Shown: one piece after another, positions 1 to 10,397 of the stretch
Layout of the letters: each line of letters begins with the position of its first letter
Numbering within the stretch: the first letter of the stretch is position 1
DNA from: Alphaproteobacteria bacterium
GTDB taxonomy: Bacteria > Pseudomonadota > Alphaproteobacteria > Rickettsiales > SXRF01
Direction: 5' to 3'
Length of the DNA stretch: 64,000 nucleotides
Assembly (NCBI GenBank): GCA_043763155.1
Contig: JAYULW010000050.1
Location: 12,236 to 76,235 of the forward strand
The notes under the pieces: model-generated
Databases searched by the model: none
The model's input: only the letters and a program-made list of their open reading frames with translations
Told to the model about the DNA's origin: nothing
Made by a program: the position numbers and the translations under genes

Positions 1-74
1 CGCTGCATCAGCAGGTAAGCGCTCAAAAAGCACACCACCCCCAGATTGCCGATCGTATCTGCGAATAAATCCAT
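1..74 (-). CDS. 5' end of an unidentified ORF directly downstream of ftsW (MDLFADTIGNLGVVCFLSAYLLMQ..., runs off the window)
   Basis: ATG at 74-72 on the minus strand, 12 nt after the ftsW stop, open to the window edge. The hydrophobic N-terminus lacks the MurG GGTGGH motif. Too short to call. Confidence 0.25.
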   Translation of the reverse strand, partial: MDLFADTIGNLGVVCFLSAYLLMQ

Positions 75-86
75 TATGTGGCCAGC

Positions 87-1205
87 TTATTTAGAGTGAT
101 GGCCAAAGCGGCGGCGCGTCAGGGCCAGCATCATGCCCATCCCCAGCCCAATAGCCACAACAGACGACCCCCCATAACTCAGGAAAGGCAGCGTCATCCC
201 CTTCGCCGGAAACAAATTCACCGCCACCCCCATATTGATCACCGACTGAATGCCAAACTGCACCAGCACCCCAGCCACCGCCAAAACCACGAACAGGTCG
301 TTTTCTTCACGCACCCGCAGCAGCCCGCGCAACACCACAAACGCGAACAGCCCAAGGATAAACAAACACGCAATCACCCCGAATTCCTCGCCCGCCACCG
401 CAAAAATAAAGTCGGTATGCGAATCCGGCAGGAACTGCTTCACCTCGCCCTCCCCCGGCCCGCGCCCTAAAATACCGCCATTACGGAAAGCCTCAAGCGA
501 CCTTGCAATCTGGTAATTGTCGCCCTCAGCCGGATCTAAAAAGTTATTGATGCGCTTAGCCACATGCGGGAAGAAATGATACGCGCCAAACAAACCCGCA
601 ACCCCCATCCCCATCATCACAAACAACCACAGGAACGGCAGCCCCGAAAGGAACAGCTGCACCGCCCACATGGTGGTAACCGTGAGCGACATGCCAATAT
701 CCGGCTGCACCAGCAGCAACAGCAGCACCACCACATAAATCGCAATCGCCACGCGATACCCAGGGAAGTCCACCCGGCGGTGATTCTCCGAACACACCCA
801 CGCCATCACAATGGCAAAGCACGGTTTCATAAACTCCGACGGCTGGATCGAAACCCCCGCCACATCAATCCAGCGGTGCGCGCCCTTCGTCTGCGCACCC
901 AGAAACGGCACCAGCACCATCATCGCAAGGCTCGCCGAAAACCCGACCACCGCCAAACGCCGGATCGCCACCGGCGGCAGCAGCGACACCGCCAGCATCA
1001 CCCCCATGCCCAAAAGCAAAAACACCTGATGCCGGTGCACAAAATAAAACTCCGGCAAATCAAGCCGCTTCGCCACCGGCGGGCTACCCGCCGTCACCAG
1101 AATCGAGCCGATCACGATCAGCAGCAACAGCGCAAAAAGATTCAGGCGGTCCACCGTCCACCACCAGCGCCCAAACACAGTCGTATTGGTACGGTCAAGA
1201 CGCAT
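87..1205 (-). CDS. ftsW: Cell-division lipid II flippase/peptidoglycan polymerase FtsW (SEDS family)
   Basis: 372-aa polytopic membrane ORF with SEDS-like C-terminus (NLFPAKGMTLPFLSYGGSS). Sits after murD in the dcw order and overlaps the murD stop. Confidence 0.9.
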   Translation of the reverse strand: MRLDRTNTTVFGRWWWTVDRLNLFALLLLIVIGSILVTAGSPPVAKRLDLPEFYFVHRHQVFLLLGMGVMLAVSLLPPVAIRRLAVVGFSASLAMMVLVPFLGAQTKGAHRWIDVAGVSIQPSEFMKPCFAIVMAWVCSENHRRVDFPGYRVAIAIYVVVLLLLLVQPDIGMSLTVTTMWAVQLFLSGLPFLWLFVMMGMGVAGLFGAYHFFPHVAKRINNFLDPAEGDNYQIARSLEAFRNGGILGRGPGEGEVKQFLPDSHTDFIFAVAGEEFGVIACLFILGLFAFVVLRGLLRVREENDLFVVLAVAGVLVQFGIQSVINMGVAVNLFPAKGMTLPFLSYGGSSVVAIGLGMGMMLALTRRRFGHHSK

Positions 1206-2589
1206 GGCGCTTCCCTCCTGCTGCTAACGCTTCCGCGGCCGCACAAAACGCATCGCCGCGCTCCTCAAAACTCTTCCACTGGTCAAACGACGCACAAGCG
1301 GGCGAAAGCAAAACCACCGCGCCCTTGCGCTTTTCCGCAAATGCCATCGCCGCCGCCTGCTCCACCGCCTTTTGCAATGTGCCCGCGCGTGTATAAGCAA
1401 CCTTACCCTCCAGCGTCTTCGCAAAATCCTCTTCCGCCGCACCGATCAAAAACGCATGCGCAACCTTCGGGAAATACCGCGCGAGGCTCTCAATACCCCC
1501 CGCCTTCGCCTTGCCGCCCGCAATCCAGTAAATCGCCTCATACGGCGCCAGCGCATGGCTCGTCGCATCCGCATTCGTCGCCTTGCTGTCATTGATAAAG
1601 CGCACCCCGTCAATAGTCACAACCATTTGCAACCGGTGGCGCAATCCCGCAAAGCTCTGCATCGCCGCATAAATCACATCAGGCGCAACCCCGCATGCCC
1701 GCGCAACCGCATATGCGATCGCCGCATTCTGCCAGTTATGCGCGCCCGTAAGCGTCACAATACCGCGCAAATCAAATTGTTTCTCCGCCGCTACATCATA
1801 CAGCACACCATTTTGCACAAACACCCCGTCCTGCAAAATCTTCTGCGACGACACACTCACCACCCGCATCGGCCCGCGCCCATGCAGCACATTAGCCACC
1901 TCATGCGTATACCCGTCATCCACCGCAATAATGGCAACATCATCTTTCTGCTGGCGGTCGAACAAATGCATCTTCGCCGCCACATATCCCGCCATGTCGC
2001 CATGCCGGTCGAGGTGATCGGGCGTCACATTCAAAAACGCCCCCACATTAAACCGCGCCGTGTGCAACAAATCCAGCTGGTACGACGAAAGCTCCAACAC
2101 ATACGTACCGCCATTGCCCAGCGGCTCCAGCGACAACGCCGCCGTACCCAGATTGCCCCCCACCTGCGGCTTCAACCCCGCCGCCTGCAAAATATGCCCG
2201 ATCAGCGTGGTCGTCGTAGATTTCCCGTTCGTCCCCGTAATCCCCACATACCGCGCATCCGGGCAGGCAAGATACAGCAGCTCAATATCGCCCACCACCG
2301 GGCATCCCTGCGCTTGCGCCCGCACCACCACATCATGCGGCTTCGGGTGCGTCAGCGGAACCCCCGGCGAAAGCACCACCGCCGCTAATTCCCCCCATGG
2401 CCACTGCGCAACCGGCAGCACCGTAATATCTTTGAATTTTTCTGCCGTGCGCGCGCAGCTCGCCTCGCTATCATCAGCCGCAAACACAAGCGCCCCGCCT
2501 GCCAGGAGCGAAGCAATGGTCGCATCCCCGGCCTTACCGAGGCCGAACACGCCCACGTTGCGTCCCTTATATGCGCCAACAGCAATCAT
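1195..2589 (-). CDS. murD: UDP-N-acetylmuramoylalanine--D-glutamate ligase
   Basis: N-terminal [10 protein letters not shown] Rossmann motif and Mur ligase P-loop [11 protein letters not shown]. Position between mraY and ftsW. Confidence 0.95.
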   Translation of the reverse strand: MIAVGAYKGRNVGVFGLGKAGDATIASLLAGGALVFAADDSEASCARTAEKFKDITVLPVAQWPWGELAAVVLSPGVPLTHPKPHDVVVRAQAQGCPVVGDIELLYLACPDARYVGITGTNGKSTTTTLIGHILQAAGLKPQVGGNLGTAALSLEPLGNGGTYVLELSSYQLDLLHTARFNVGAFLNVTPDHLDRHGDMAGYVAAKMHLFDRQQKDDVAIIAVDDGYTHEVANVLHGRGPMRVVSVSSQKILQDGVFVQNGVLYDVAAEKQFDLRGIVTLTGAHNWQNAAIAYAVARACGVAPDVIYAAMQSFAGLRHRLQMVVTIDGVRFINDSKATNADATSHALAPYEAIYWIAGGKAKAGGIESLARYFPKVAHAFLIGAAEEDFAKTLEGKVAYTRAGTLQKAVEQAAAMAFAEKRKGAVVLLSPACASFDQWKSFEERGDAFCAAAEALAAGGKRHAS

Positions 2590-3674
2590 CTCAGTTTAAG
2601 TGTAGCAAGCCCCAGCAGCGCGAAAATGCAGGAAATGATCCAGAACCGGATCACAATCGTTGGCTCTTTCCAGCCCAGCTTTTCAAAATGATGATGCACC
2701 GGCGCCATCTTGAACACGCGCTTGCCCGTTGTCTTAAACGACACCACCTGGATAATCACCGACACCGCCTCCAGCACGAACAACCCGCCCACAATCGCCA
2801 GCACCAGCTCGTGGCGCGCCATCACGCTGATCACACCCAGCGAGCCGCCAAAAGCAAGACTGCCCGTATCGCCCATAAACACCTGCGCCGGTGGCGCATT
2901 AAACCACAGGAAGCCAAGACTCGCCCCAACAAGCGCCGCGCAGAACACCGCCAGCTCGCCCGCGCCCGGCACATAATGAATCTGCAAATAATTGGCAAAC
3001 ACGGCATTACCCACCAGATACGTAATCAGCGCAAAACACCCCGCCACAATCATGATCGGCACAATGGCCAAACCGTCCAGCCCATCGGTAAGGTTCACCG
3101 CATTGCTCGCCCCCACCATCACCACCAGCGCAAACGGCACATAAAAAATCCCCGCATAAATCAGGATATTTTTAAAGAACGGCACCGCAATCATGCCCGA
3201 CAAATTATCCGGCGCCAGATACTGCACAGCGGTTGCCGCCAGTACCGAAATCACCGCCTGCCACAGCATTTTCTTGCGCGAGGAAAGCCCCTTGGTGTTG
3301 CGCTTGGTAAGCTTCAAATAATCGTCGCGAAACCCGATAGCCCCAAACCCAAGCGTCACGAACAACACAATCCAGATATACGGATTGGCAAGATCGGCCC
3401 ATAGCAGCGTCGAAACCGTCACCGCCAGCAAAATCATCACCCCGCCCATGGTGGGTGTGCCTTTTTTGGTCAGCAAATGCGACTCCGGCCCGTCAAGGCG
3501 AATGGGCTGCCCTTCGGCCTGTTTAGATTTCAGCCAGCGAATAATTTTCGGCCCGAAATAAAAGCTGATAATCAGCGCCGTAAATACGGCCGCGCCGCTG
3601 CGAAACGTAATGTAGCGGAACAGGTTCAAAAAGCTGTACTGCGACGCAAACGGCACAAGCAGATTATACAGCAT
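2586..3674 (-). CDS. mraY: Phospho-N-acetylmuramoyl-pentapeptide transferase
   Basis: 362-aa polytopic ORF with MraY motifs ([33 protein letters not shown]). ATGA overlap with murD. Confidence 0.95.
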   Translation of the reverse strand: MLYNLLVPFASQYSFLNLFRYITFRSGAAVFTALIISFYFGPKIIRWLKSKQAEGQPIRLDGPESHLLTKKGTPTMGGVMILLAVTVSTLLWADLANPYIWIVLFVTLGFGAIGFRDDYLKLTKRNTKGLSSRKKMLWQAVISVLAATAVQYLAPDNLSGMIAVPFFKNILIYAGIFYVPFALVVMVGASNAVNLTDGLDGLAIVPIMIVAGCFALITYLVGNAVFANYLQIHYVPGAGELAVFCAALVGASLGFLWFNAPPAQVFMGDTGSLAFGGSLGVISVMARHELVLAIVGGLFVLEAVSVIIQVVSFKTTGKRVFKMAPVHHHFEKLGWKEPTIVIRFWIISCIFALLGLATLKLR

Positions 3675-5085
3675 GTTGTTTCTCCATAGCGCTTGCCGCG
3701 AATTTTTCTTTCACCAGCGCCGCCAGCTCATACATCTTGCTACCGTGCGAACCCTTCACCAGCAGCACGTCGCCGGGCTGCAACTCGCGCTCGATCAGCG
3801 GCAATAGCGCCGCAGCCGATGCAGCATGCCCGCCGCGCTGTGCGCTTGCAATCGCGTCATGCGCCAGCTTCATCAGCTCGCCCGCCGTAAACACCTTGTC
3901 GAATTCACGAAGCCCCGAAGCAAGCGACGCATGCAACGCCGGGCCATCCGGCCCCAGCTCCAGCATGTTGCCAAGAGCTGCAAGCTTGCGCCCTTTCTTG
4001 CCGTGGCCTTCCCACACTTCCTGCGTCTTGGCAAATGCCGCAAACATGGAAGCCGGGCTTGCATTATAACTATCGTCAATCAGGTACGCGTTACCGCCCA
4101 CCACCCGCACCGCAATCACCTGCCCGCGCCCCGCCACTTCCGTGAAGGTCGCAAGCTGGCTCGCCGTCTTCGCGTCGTCCAACCCCAGCGCATGCGTGAC
4201 CGCAAGGGTCAGCAGCGAAGTCGTGGCCCAATGCCTGCCCACCGCATTCAGCGAATAGAACAAATGCTTGCCATGAATGCTGGCTGTAATCGCGCAGCCT
4301 TCCTGCGTGGGCTTATAATCAATCAGGCGGCAATCGGATTTTTCATGCACCCCGAACGTCACCGCAATCCTCACCCCATGCTCGCCGCTTTTGCGTAACA
4401 GTAGCGCATAATGCTGGCTGTCCCGGTTCAAAACCGCCACGCCATTATTGGGCATCGAATCAAAAATTTCCGCCTTTGCCGCGGCAATCCCCTCGATAGA
4501 GCCGAAGAACTCCATATGCACGGCCTCAACATTCGTAATCGCCGCCACATGCGGGCGCACCATGCGCGTCAGATGCTCGATTTCCCCCGCATGGTTCATA
4601 CCCATCTCAAACACCGCGAATTCAATGTCCGGCGGCAAATTCGCCAGGTTCAGCGGCGTGCCGATATGGTTGTTATAATTCCCCGAAGTAGCATAGGTCT
4701 TCCCATGCGCCGAAAGCGCCAGCCGCAGCATTTCTTTCGCGCTGGTCTTGCCCACACTGCCCGTAACACCAACGATTTTCGCCGTGCTGCGCGTACGCGC
4801 TTCGCGCCCCAAATCCTCAAGACCCCGCAAGGTATCATCCACCTTCAGCAGCGGCGCTTTTTCCAGACCTTCCGGAACACGGCTCACCACCGCCGCCACT
4901 GCGCCCTTATCCAGCGCCGCCCTCACAAAATCATGCCCGTCAAAATTATCGCCCTTGATGGCAACGAACAAATCCCCCGGCTGCACGGCCCGGCTGTCTA
5001 TAACCACGCGCATCGCCTTCCAGCTTCCGGTGGCGATCCCCCCGGTTGCATCTGCCGCGCTTAGCTCGTTCCATAGTACCGTCAT
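3664..5085 (-). CDS. murF: UDP-N-acetylmuramoyl-tripeptide--D-alanyl-D-alanine ligase
   Basis: Mur ligase P-loop [10 protein letters not shown] and the ending [11 protein letters not shown]. Position between murE and mraY. Confidence 0.9.
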   Translation of the reverse strand: MTVLWNELSAADATGGIATGSWKAMRVVIDSRAVQPGDLFVAIKGDNFDGHDFVRAALDKGAVAAVVSRVPEGLEKAPLLKVDDTLRGLEDLGREARTRSTAKIVGVTGSVGKTSAKEMLRLALSAHGKTYATSGNYNNHIGTPLNLANLPPDIEFAVFEMGMNHAGEIEHLTRMVRPHVAAITNVEAVHMEFFGSIEGIAAAKAEIFDSMPNNGVAVLNRDSQHYALLLRKSGEHGVRIAVTFGVHEKSDCRLIDYKPTQEGCAITASIHGKHLFYSLNAVGRHWATTSLLTLAVTHALGLDDAKTASQLATFTEVAGRGQVIAVRVVGGNAYLIDDSYNASPASMFAAFAKTQEVWEGHGKKGRKLAALGNMLELGPDGPALHASLASGLREFDKVFTAGELMKLAHDAIASAQRGGHAASAAALLPLIERELQPGDVLLVKGSHGSKMYELAALVKEKFAASAMEKQHAV

Positions 5086-6554
5086 GCTGCCAACTTCAAC
5101 TCCTTTGCCGCCTCGCGCGCCACCTGTGCATCGTCGAAGGGGTAGGTTTTATTCCCTACAATTTGTATCTTCTCATGGCCCTTACCAGCTATTACAAGTA
5201 TGTCACCGCTAGCAAGCCCTTTCAATGCACCATAAATAGCTTCACGCCGATCCGCAACTTCTTTGGCATGTTTTGTTGCAGCCATAATCGCATGGCGGAT
5301 CAGCGCCGCATCTTCACTGCGCGGGTTATCATCCGTCACAATGGCCACATCCGCCAGCGTATCGCCAATTTTGCCCATCTCTGGCCGCTTGCCCGCATCC
5401 CGGTCGCCGCCACAACCAAACACCACGTGCAGCCTGCCCTCGGTGTGGGGCCGCAGCGTCTGCAAAATATTAGCCAGCGCCATCGGCGTATGCGCGTAAT
5501 CAATAAATACCGCTGCCCCATTGGCCAGCTGCACCACCTGCTCCAGCCGCCCCGGCACGCCCGCAAGCTTAGGAATACACGCCAGCGCCCGGCCCAAATC
5601 CCCGCCCGAACCCACAACCAGCCCCAGCGCGGTCAAAATATTCATGGTCTGGAACGCACCCACCAGCGGAATCTCCAGCACATGGTGCTTGCCAAACAGC
5701 TCAACTTCCACGCACTGCCCATGCGGCAGCGGCTTTAGCCCCAGCACCCGGAACTCACTCCCCGCCTTGCCAAACCCAATCACCTTATGCCCCCGCGCAT
5801 CGCAGATGGCCTTCACTTCCGCAAAGCGCTTATCGTCCTGGTTCAGCACCGCCGTGCCGCCCTTGGGCAGCAGCGCCGAGAACAGCCGCATCTTCGCCTC
5901 GAAATACTTATCTTCCGTGAGATGATAATCCAGATGGTCGCGGGCGATATTCGTAAACGCCGCCGCCTCCAGCTTCACCCCGTCCAGCCTGTGCTGGTCC
6001 AGCCCATGGCTCGACGCCTCCATGCACACCCGCTGCACGCCCTTAGCCGCCATGCCCGCCAGCGCCTCATGCAACTGCACCGGATACGGCGTGGTGTAAG
6101 ACCCCGCCAGCAACTGCTCGCCCGTCCCCGAAAGCGCCCCCAGCGTACCAACCGACGCCGATTGCTCCCCCATCAAATGCCAGAACTGCCGGTAAAAATC
6201 CGCCGTGGATGTCTTGCCGTCCGTACCCGTAACAGCCACCATATGCTCTGGTTGCCGCCCATAAAACGCCGCCGCCATCAGCGCCATATCGCGCATGGCG
6301 TTGGTGCTTTTCAGCACTGGCAGCCCGCACCCGTCCACCTCCCCCTCGGCCAGCACCGCCACCGCGCCCGCTGCCTTAGCCGCAGGAATAAACGCCGCCC
6401 CGTCCACATGCGCGCCCTTAAGCGCGATAAACAACGTGCCCGCGCTCACCTGCCGCGAGTCGGGGGTAATGCTGCTGATGGAAAGTTGTGAAGCTGCGGA
6501 GGGGATGTCGAAAATGTCGCCAGTAGCACGTATCAGGTCAGAAAGAGGCAACAT
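5082..6554 (-). CDS. murE: UDP-N-acetylmuramoyl-L-alanyl-D-glutamate--2,6-diaminopimelate ligase
   Basis: P-loop VTGTDGKTST plus VFGCGGDRD and DNPRSEDA motifs. The tracked ORF extends to 6704, but the MurE-like sequence begins at MLPLSDL (ATG 6554). The longer form would overlap ftsI by 167 nt. Confidence 0.9.
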   Translation of the reverse strand: MLPLSDLIRATGDIFDIPSAASQLSISSITPDSRQVSAGTLFIALKGAHVDGAAFIPAAKAAGAVAVLAEGEVDGCGLPVLKSTNAMRDMALMAAAFYGRQPEHMVAVTGTDGKTSTADFYRQFWHLMGEQSASVGTLGALSGTGEQLLAGSYTTPYPVQLHEALAGMAAKGVQRVCMEASSHGLDQHRLDGVKLEAAAFTNIARDHLDYHLTEDKYFEAKMRLFSALLPKGGTAVLNQDDKRFAEVKAICDARGHKVIGFGKAGSEFRVLGLKPLPHGQCVEVELFGKHHVLEIPLVGAFQTMNILTALGLVVGSGGDLGRALACIPKLAGVPGRLEQVVQLANGAAVFIDYAHTPMALANILQTLRPHTEGRLHVVFGCGGDRDAGKRPEMGKIGDTLADVAIVTDDNPRSEDAALIRHAIMAATKHAKEVADRREAIYGALKGLASGDILVIAGKGHEKIQIVGNKTYPFDDAQVAREAAKELKLAA

Positions 6555-8334
6555 GGAAATACCGTTTCGCAAGAGAAGGCGCCGTGGTGCTTGCTGCGGT
6601 AGTGGGTTTGTTGCTGGGTGTATTTTCCACCCAGAACTTCTCCGCATCATCCTTCGGCGAATCATAGTTAGGACGGATATTAAGCAATGGGCCCATGCGC
6701 GCAATCACTTTATTAACCACCGGCGCGGAAATCCACCCGCCGGTTGCGAAATTATGCGTCGTCTTGTCGCCCTTCGGCTCGTCAATCATCACCAGCACGA
6801 TATATTGCGGGTCATCCATCGGGAAGGTAGCAATGAAGGAAGCAAGCTTCGCGTTCGCCTCATATTTGCCGCCCGTGTTCTTTTCCGCCGTGCCCGTCTT
6901 GCCCGCCACATGGTAGCCCGGCACATCCGCCTTCGTGCCCGTGCCATGGTCCACCACCAGCCGCATCAACCGGCGCACATTTTCCGACGTCTTCTCGCTG
7001 ATCACGCGCGGGCCTTCGGCCTTGCCCTTATTACCGTCTTTAAGCAGCGTAAGCTTGGGCAGCGTACCGCCATTGACCATCGCCGCGATACCCCGCACCA
7101 GATGCAGCGGCGACACCGAAATCCCATGCCCATACGCAATCGTGACCGTGTTGATCTCTTTCCAGTCCTTCGGATACAGCGGCGAGGACTTCTCCGGCAA
7201 TTCCAGATCCACCGGCTTCATCATCCCCACCTTTTCAAGGAAGGCCTTCTGTTTCTTCGTACCCACATCCAGCACCATGCGCGCCGTGCCCACGTTCGAG
7301 GAATAGGCATAAATTTCCGGCACAGTGAGCCACTTATGCATCGGGTGCGCGTCCGAAATCGTGAAATTCGCAATCTTCAGCGGGTGGTCGGCGTCATAGC
7401 TGCTTTTCATGTTCGCCGTGCCGCCCTCAAGCGCCATGGCCATGGTAAAGGTCTTAAACGTGGAGCCCATTTCATAGGTGCCGAGCGTTGCGCGGTTAAA
7501 GCGCGAAGCTTCCTTGCTGGCCATCGGGTTATGCGGATCGAAATCCGGCAAGCTCACCATGGAAAGCAGCTCGCCCGACCGCAAATCCATAATCACGCCC
7601 GTAGCCCCAATCGCCTGGAACTGGTCCACCGCTGCCTGCATTTCCTCATGCATGATGGCCTGAAGGCGCACATCCAGCGAAAGCTGCAACGGCTGCCCGT
7701 TTACCGCCGTATCCAGCAAACGGTCATCAAACTGCTTTTCAATGCCTGCCAACCCCTTATTATCCACGCCCACATATCCCGTCACGTGCGAAAGCTCGTT
7801 GCCATGCGGATACACGCGCTTTTCCTCTGGCAAAAAGTAAAGCCCCGGAATACCCAGCGCATTGGCCACGCTTTCTTCCTTCGGCGTCAGGTTGCGCTTA
7901 ATCCACAGGAAGGACTTACCCGCCTTAAGCTTGGTCAGCAGCTGCTTGCTATCCATGCCAAACGCCTTGGAAAGCTTCGCCGCCGCTTCTTCTTTATTTT
8001 TGATTTCTTTCGGGTTTACAAACACCGATGAGGTCATAAGGCTGGTTGCGATCAGCTCGCCGTTACGGTCCACGATATCGCCGCGCTGCAGTACCGGCTC
8101 GTCGCCCTTTTTCATCTCCACCTGCTGGGTCTTCTCGTCATTATCCGGGTCGCTCACCGTGATAAAGGTCGAATGCTTGTTGCTAAGCACCGCCACCTCC
8201 ACCATGCGCACGCTGATGCTTACGAAGCACAGCACAAAAAACATCCCGACACACCAAAGGCGCAACCGGCTTTGCTCGATGATGCGCCTTCCTGTACTTT
8301 CCTTGATGATGACTTTGCGGGTCTGCCGGCTCAC
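6538..8334 (-). CDS. ftsI: Peptidoglycan D,D-transpeptidase FtsI (PBP3)
   Basis: N-terminal TM anchor and transpeptidase motifs STFK, SSN and KTGTA. Position between ftsL and murE. Confidence 0.9.
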   Translation of the reverse strand: MSRQTRKVIIKESTGRRIIEQSRLRLWCVGMFFVLCFVSISVRMVEVAVLSNKHSTFITVSDPDNDEKTQQVEMKKGDEPVLQRGDIVDRNGELIATSLMTSSVFVNPKEIKNKEEAAAKLSKAFGMDSKQLLTKLKAGKSFLWIKRNLTPKEESVANALGIPGLYFLPEEKRVYPHGNELSHVTGYVGVDNKGLAGIEKQFDDRLLDTAVNGQPLQLSLDVRLQAIMHEEMQAAVDQFQAIGATGVIMDLRSGELLSMVSLPDFDPHNPMASKEASRFNRATLGTYEMGSTFKTFTMAMALEGGTANMKSSYDADHPLKIANFTISDAHPMHKWLTVPEIYAYSSNVGTARMVLDVGTKKQKAFLEKVGMMKPVDLELPEKSSPLYPKDWKEINTVTIAYGHGISVSPLHLVRGIAAMVNGGTLPKLTLLKDGNKGKAEGPRVISEKTSENVRRLMRLVVDHGTGTKADVPGYHVAGKTGTAEKNTGGKYEANAKLASFIATFPMDDPQYIVLVMIDEPKGDKTTHNFATGGWISAPVVNKVIARMGPLLNIRPNYDSPKDDAEKFWVENTPSNKPTTAASTTAPSLAKRYFHVASF

Positions 8335-8684
8335 CTGCCTCCCCCGGCCTTGCTCACATGCAGCGAAGCGGTCTTGATCGGCCCGTCCTTATCCGCTGCC
8401 GCAACGCTCTGCGCGGGGAACGGAATTTCTTCCACTTCCGCAATCTGGTTCACAGTCAGGTCGGTGGATGCGAGATATTTGGCGGCCAGCTGCTGCAAGC
8501 GTTGCGGACGGTTCAGATACGCCCACTCCGCATTTACCACATGCAGCGCCTCGCGCTCATGTTCCAATTCCCGCGAAGTGGAAGCCACTTCGTTCTTCAG
8601 CGTCTGCACCTGATACTTGACCTTATAAAGCATGAACGACGCCACCACGATAACCATCATCCAAACAACTGTCGAGAGTTTCAT
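8331..8684 (-). CDS. ftsL: Cell division protein FtsL (alphaproteobacterial type)
   Basis: 117-aa ORF with a single N-terminal TM then a coiled-coil region (YQVQTLKNEVASTSRELEHEREAL). Canonical slot between rsmH and ftsI, overlapping the ftsI start. Confidence 0.7.
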   Translation of the reverse strand: MKLSTVVWMMVIVVASFMLYKVKYQVQTLKNEVASTSRELEHEREALHVVNAEWAYLNRPQRLQQLAAKYLASTDLTVNQIAEVEEIPFPAQSVAAADKDGPIKTASLHVSKAGGGR

Positions 8685-8688
8685 GACG

Positions 8689-9639
8689 TTATACTTTCTC
8701 GGATGCTTGCATCATGCGCATCGTTGCCGAGCGCGCACGGGGGTTGGTGTCCAGCTCTGCGTCGCCCGCAGTGCGTTTCTCCGGCTTGGGTAAAAAAAAG
8801 CGGGGAGCCTCACCGCCAGAAGCTGGCCGGTTTGCCATGAGCTGTTGAGGCACATGGCGCGAGGACTCCCCAGTTTTACCGCAACGGGAGTGGGTAAAGC
8901 GTTTCACGATACGGTCTTCCAAAGAGTGGAAGGAAACCACCACCATGCGCCCACCGGGGGTGAGCAGGTCTTCGGCGGCTTTCAGGCCCGTTTCGAGAGA
9001 TTCAAATTCGTGGTTCACATAAATGCGCAAACCCTGGAAGCTGCGCGTGGAAGGGTCGGTCTTGCCGTGCTGCCCGCCCAGAACGCCGCGAATAATATCG
9101 GCCAGCTGCTTGGTGCGCGTAATCGGCGTCTCAGCCCGCGCCTTCACAATCGCCGCCGCAATTTTGCGCGCCGCCTTCTCTTCCCCGTAATAGTGGAAGA
9201 TGTCGGCCAATTCTTCTTCATCCGCGCCGTTCACAATGTCCGAAGCACTGGCACCGCTATCGCTCATGCGCATATCAAGGGGGCCATCATTCTTAAACGA
9301 AAACCCGCGCCCTGCCTGGTCCAGCTGCATCGAAGAAACCCCAAGGTCCAGCACAATGCCGTCCACTTCCTCAACGCCATGCAGCTCCAAGAGCGAACAC
9401 ATGTCGGAGAAATTCCCCAGCAACCACACAAAACGCCCCGGAAATTCCGCTTCCAGCTTTTCGGCAAATACTTTCGTGGAAGGATCGCGGTCAATCGCAA
9501 ACACCCGGCAATCCGCCGCGTTCAAAATCGCGCGGCTATACCCGCCCGCGCCAAACGTGCCGTCCACATACACGCCGTTATCCTTCGGCGCCAGCCAATC
9601 AAGCATTTCCCCAAGCATCACCGGATTGTGCGAACTCAT
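8689..9639 (-). CDS. rsmH: 16S rRNA (cytosine1402-N4)-methyltransferase
   Basis: HNPVMLGEMLDWL, DGTFGAGGYSRAIL and DLGVSSMQLD motifs. Lies after mraZ. Confidence 0.95.
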   Translation of the reverse strand: MSSHNPVMLGEMLDWLAPKDNGVYVDGTFGAGGYSRAILNAADCRVFAIDRDPSTKVFAEKLEAEFPGRFVWLLGNFSDMCSLLELHGVEEVDGIVLDLGVSSMQLDQAGRGFSFKNDGPLDMRMSDSGASASDIVNGADEEELADIFHYYGEEKAARKIAAAIVKARAETPITRTKQLADIIRGVLGGQHGKTDPSTRSFQGLRIYVNHEFESLETGLKAAEDLLTPGGRMVVVSFHSLEDRIVKRFTHSRCGKTGESSRHVPQQLMANRPASGGEAPRFFLPKPEKRTAGDAELDTNPRARSATMRMMQASEKV

Positions 9640-10094
9640 TGTTTTGCTCCCGGCGTACCGCGAAGCTGGTAGCGCTTGCTCTTCGCCAGTTCGCGTGCGC
9701 GCAGCGCATGCTCGGCAAATGCTACCGGTTCCCAGATTTCAAAAATCTCGCCCTTACCCACAAACACTGCTTGTTCGCTAAGGTTAGCCGATGCAATCAG
9801 CTGCTCCGGCAGCATGATGCGCCCTTCCCCGTCAAACGACAGCTGCACGCTCTCACCGAAAATGGTGGTGGCAAACGCGTCGCGCTCTTCAGAAAACGGG
9901 TCCAGCATTTCAATGCGCTCGTTGAGCTTCATAAAACGGTCCATGCCGCAGCCCTCGATGCAGGAATGCAGCAAAGAGCCATACGCCACGATGCCAGCAA
10001 ATTCCTGCGCAGCCAGATTCGCGCGGAACTGCGCGGGGACGGAAATGCGCCCCTTCTTATCAATACGGTTCTGATAGGTCGAAAGAAATAACAT
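9636..10094 (-). CDS. mraZ: Transcriptional regulator MraZ
   Basis: 152 aa with an N-terminal IDKKGRISVPAQFR SpoVT/AbrB-like motif and a second repeat (DGEGRIMLPEQL). First gene of the dcw cluster. Confidence 0.9.
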   Translation of the reverse strand: MLFLSTYQNRIDKKGRISVPAQFRANLAAQEFAGIVAYGSLLHSCIEGCGMDRFMKLNERIEMLDPFSEERDAFATTIFGESVQLSFDGEGRIMLPEQLIASANLSEQAVFVGKGEIFEIWEPVAFAEHALRARELAKSKRYQLRGTPGAKQ

Positions 10095-10125
10095 TGGGTT
10101 TTCTTTAGCCTGTTCATGCCCTACA

Positions 10126-10190
10126 TGGCGCTTTATGGGATAACGTGGGATTTCATGGGTATTAATGGGAGATTATGCCTTTTCCATGGG
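10126..10190. promoter_or_regulatory. 10-bp-periodic TGGGW direct-repeat array; candidate MraZ operator in the dcw promoter region
   Basis: The plus strand reads cATGGCGctttATGGGAtaacGTGGGAtttcATGGGTattaATGGGAgattATGCCTtttccATGGGC. Four consecutive TGGGA/T pentamers start at 10136, 10146, 10156 and 10166, with degenerate copies at 10126, 10176 and 10186. The array lies 32-96 nt upstream of the mraZ start. Confidence 0.5.
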
Positions 10191-10335
10191 CTAGTCAACC
10201 CCCTTTCACCATTTACCCCCCTGTTAATGTCGGGGATAACCCGCCAAAAAACCGCCATAATCAGGGGATAACTATTTTCCCCATAAATTCCCATGGCACA
10301 GCCATAGCCCGGCCCATCTGGGAAATTTTGGACAT

Positions 10336-10362
10336 AAAAAAAGCCCCGTCCGAAGACAGGGC
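10336..10362 (-). terminator. Rho-independent terminator downstream of rpsD
   Basis: The minus strand reads GCCCUGUC-UUCG-GACGGGGC (8-bp stem with one G:U pair) followed by U7, about 35 nt after the rpsD stop. Confidence 0.6.
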
Positions 10363-10397
10363 CTTTTCATTAGTAGCGGAAACCGCCCTAGGGCAGA

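Noticed and set aside
564-8031. Long ORFs antisense to or out of frame with the dcw genes (e.g. 564..1595 +, 1372..2388 +, 2571..3404 +, 6295..8031 +)
   Set aside because: Their translations are dominated by R/H/P/Q runs, typical of shadow ORFs in GC-rich DNA. The opposite-strand frames carry unmistakable FtsW, MurD, MraY and FtsI motifs.
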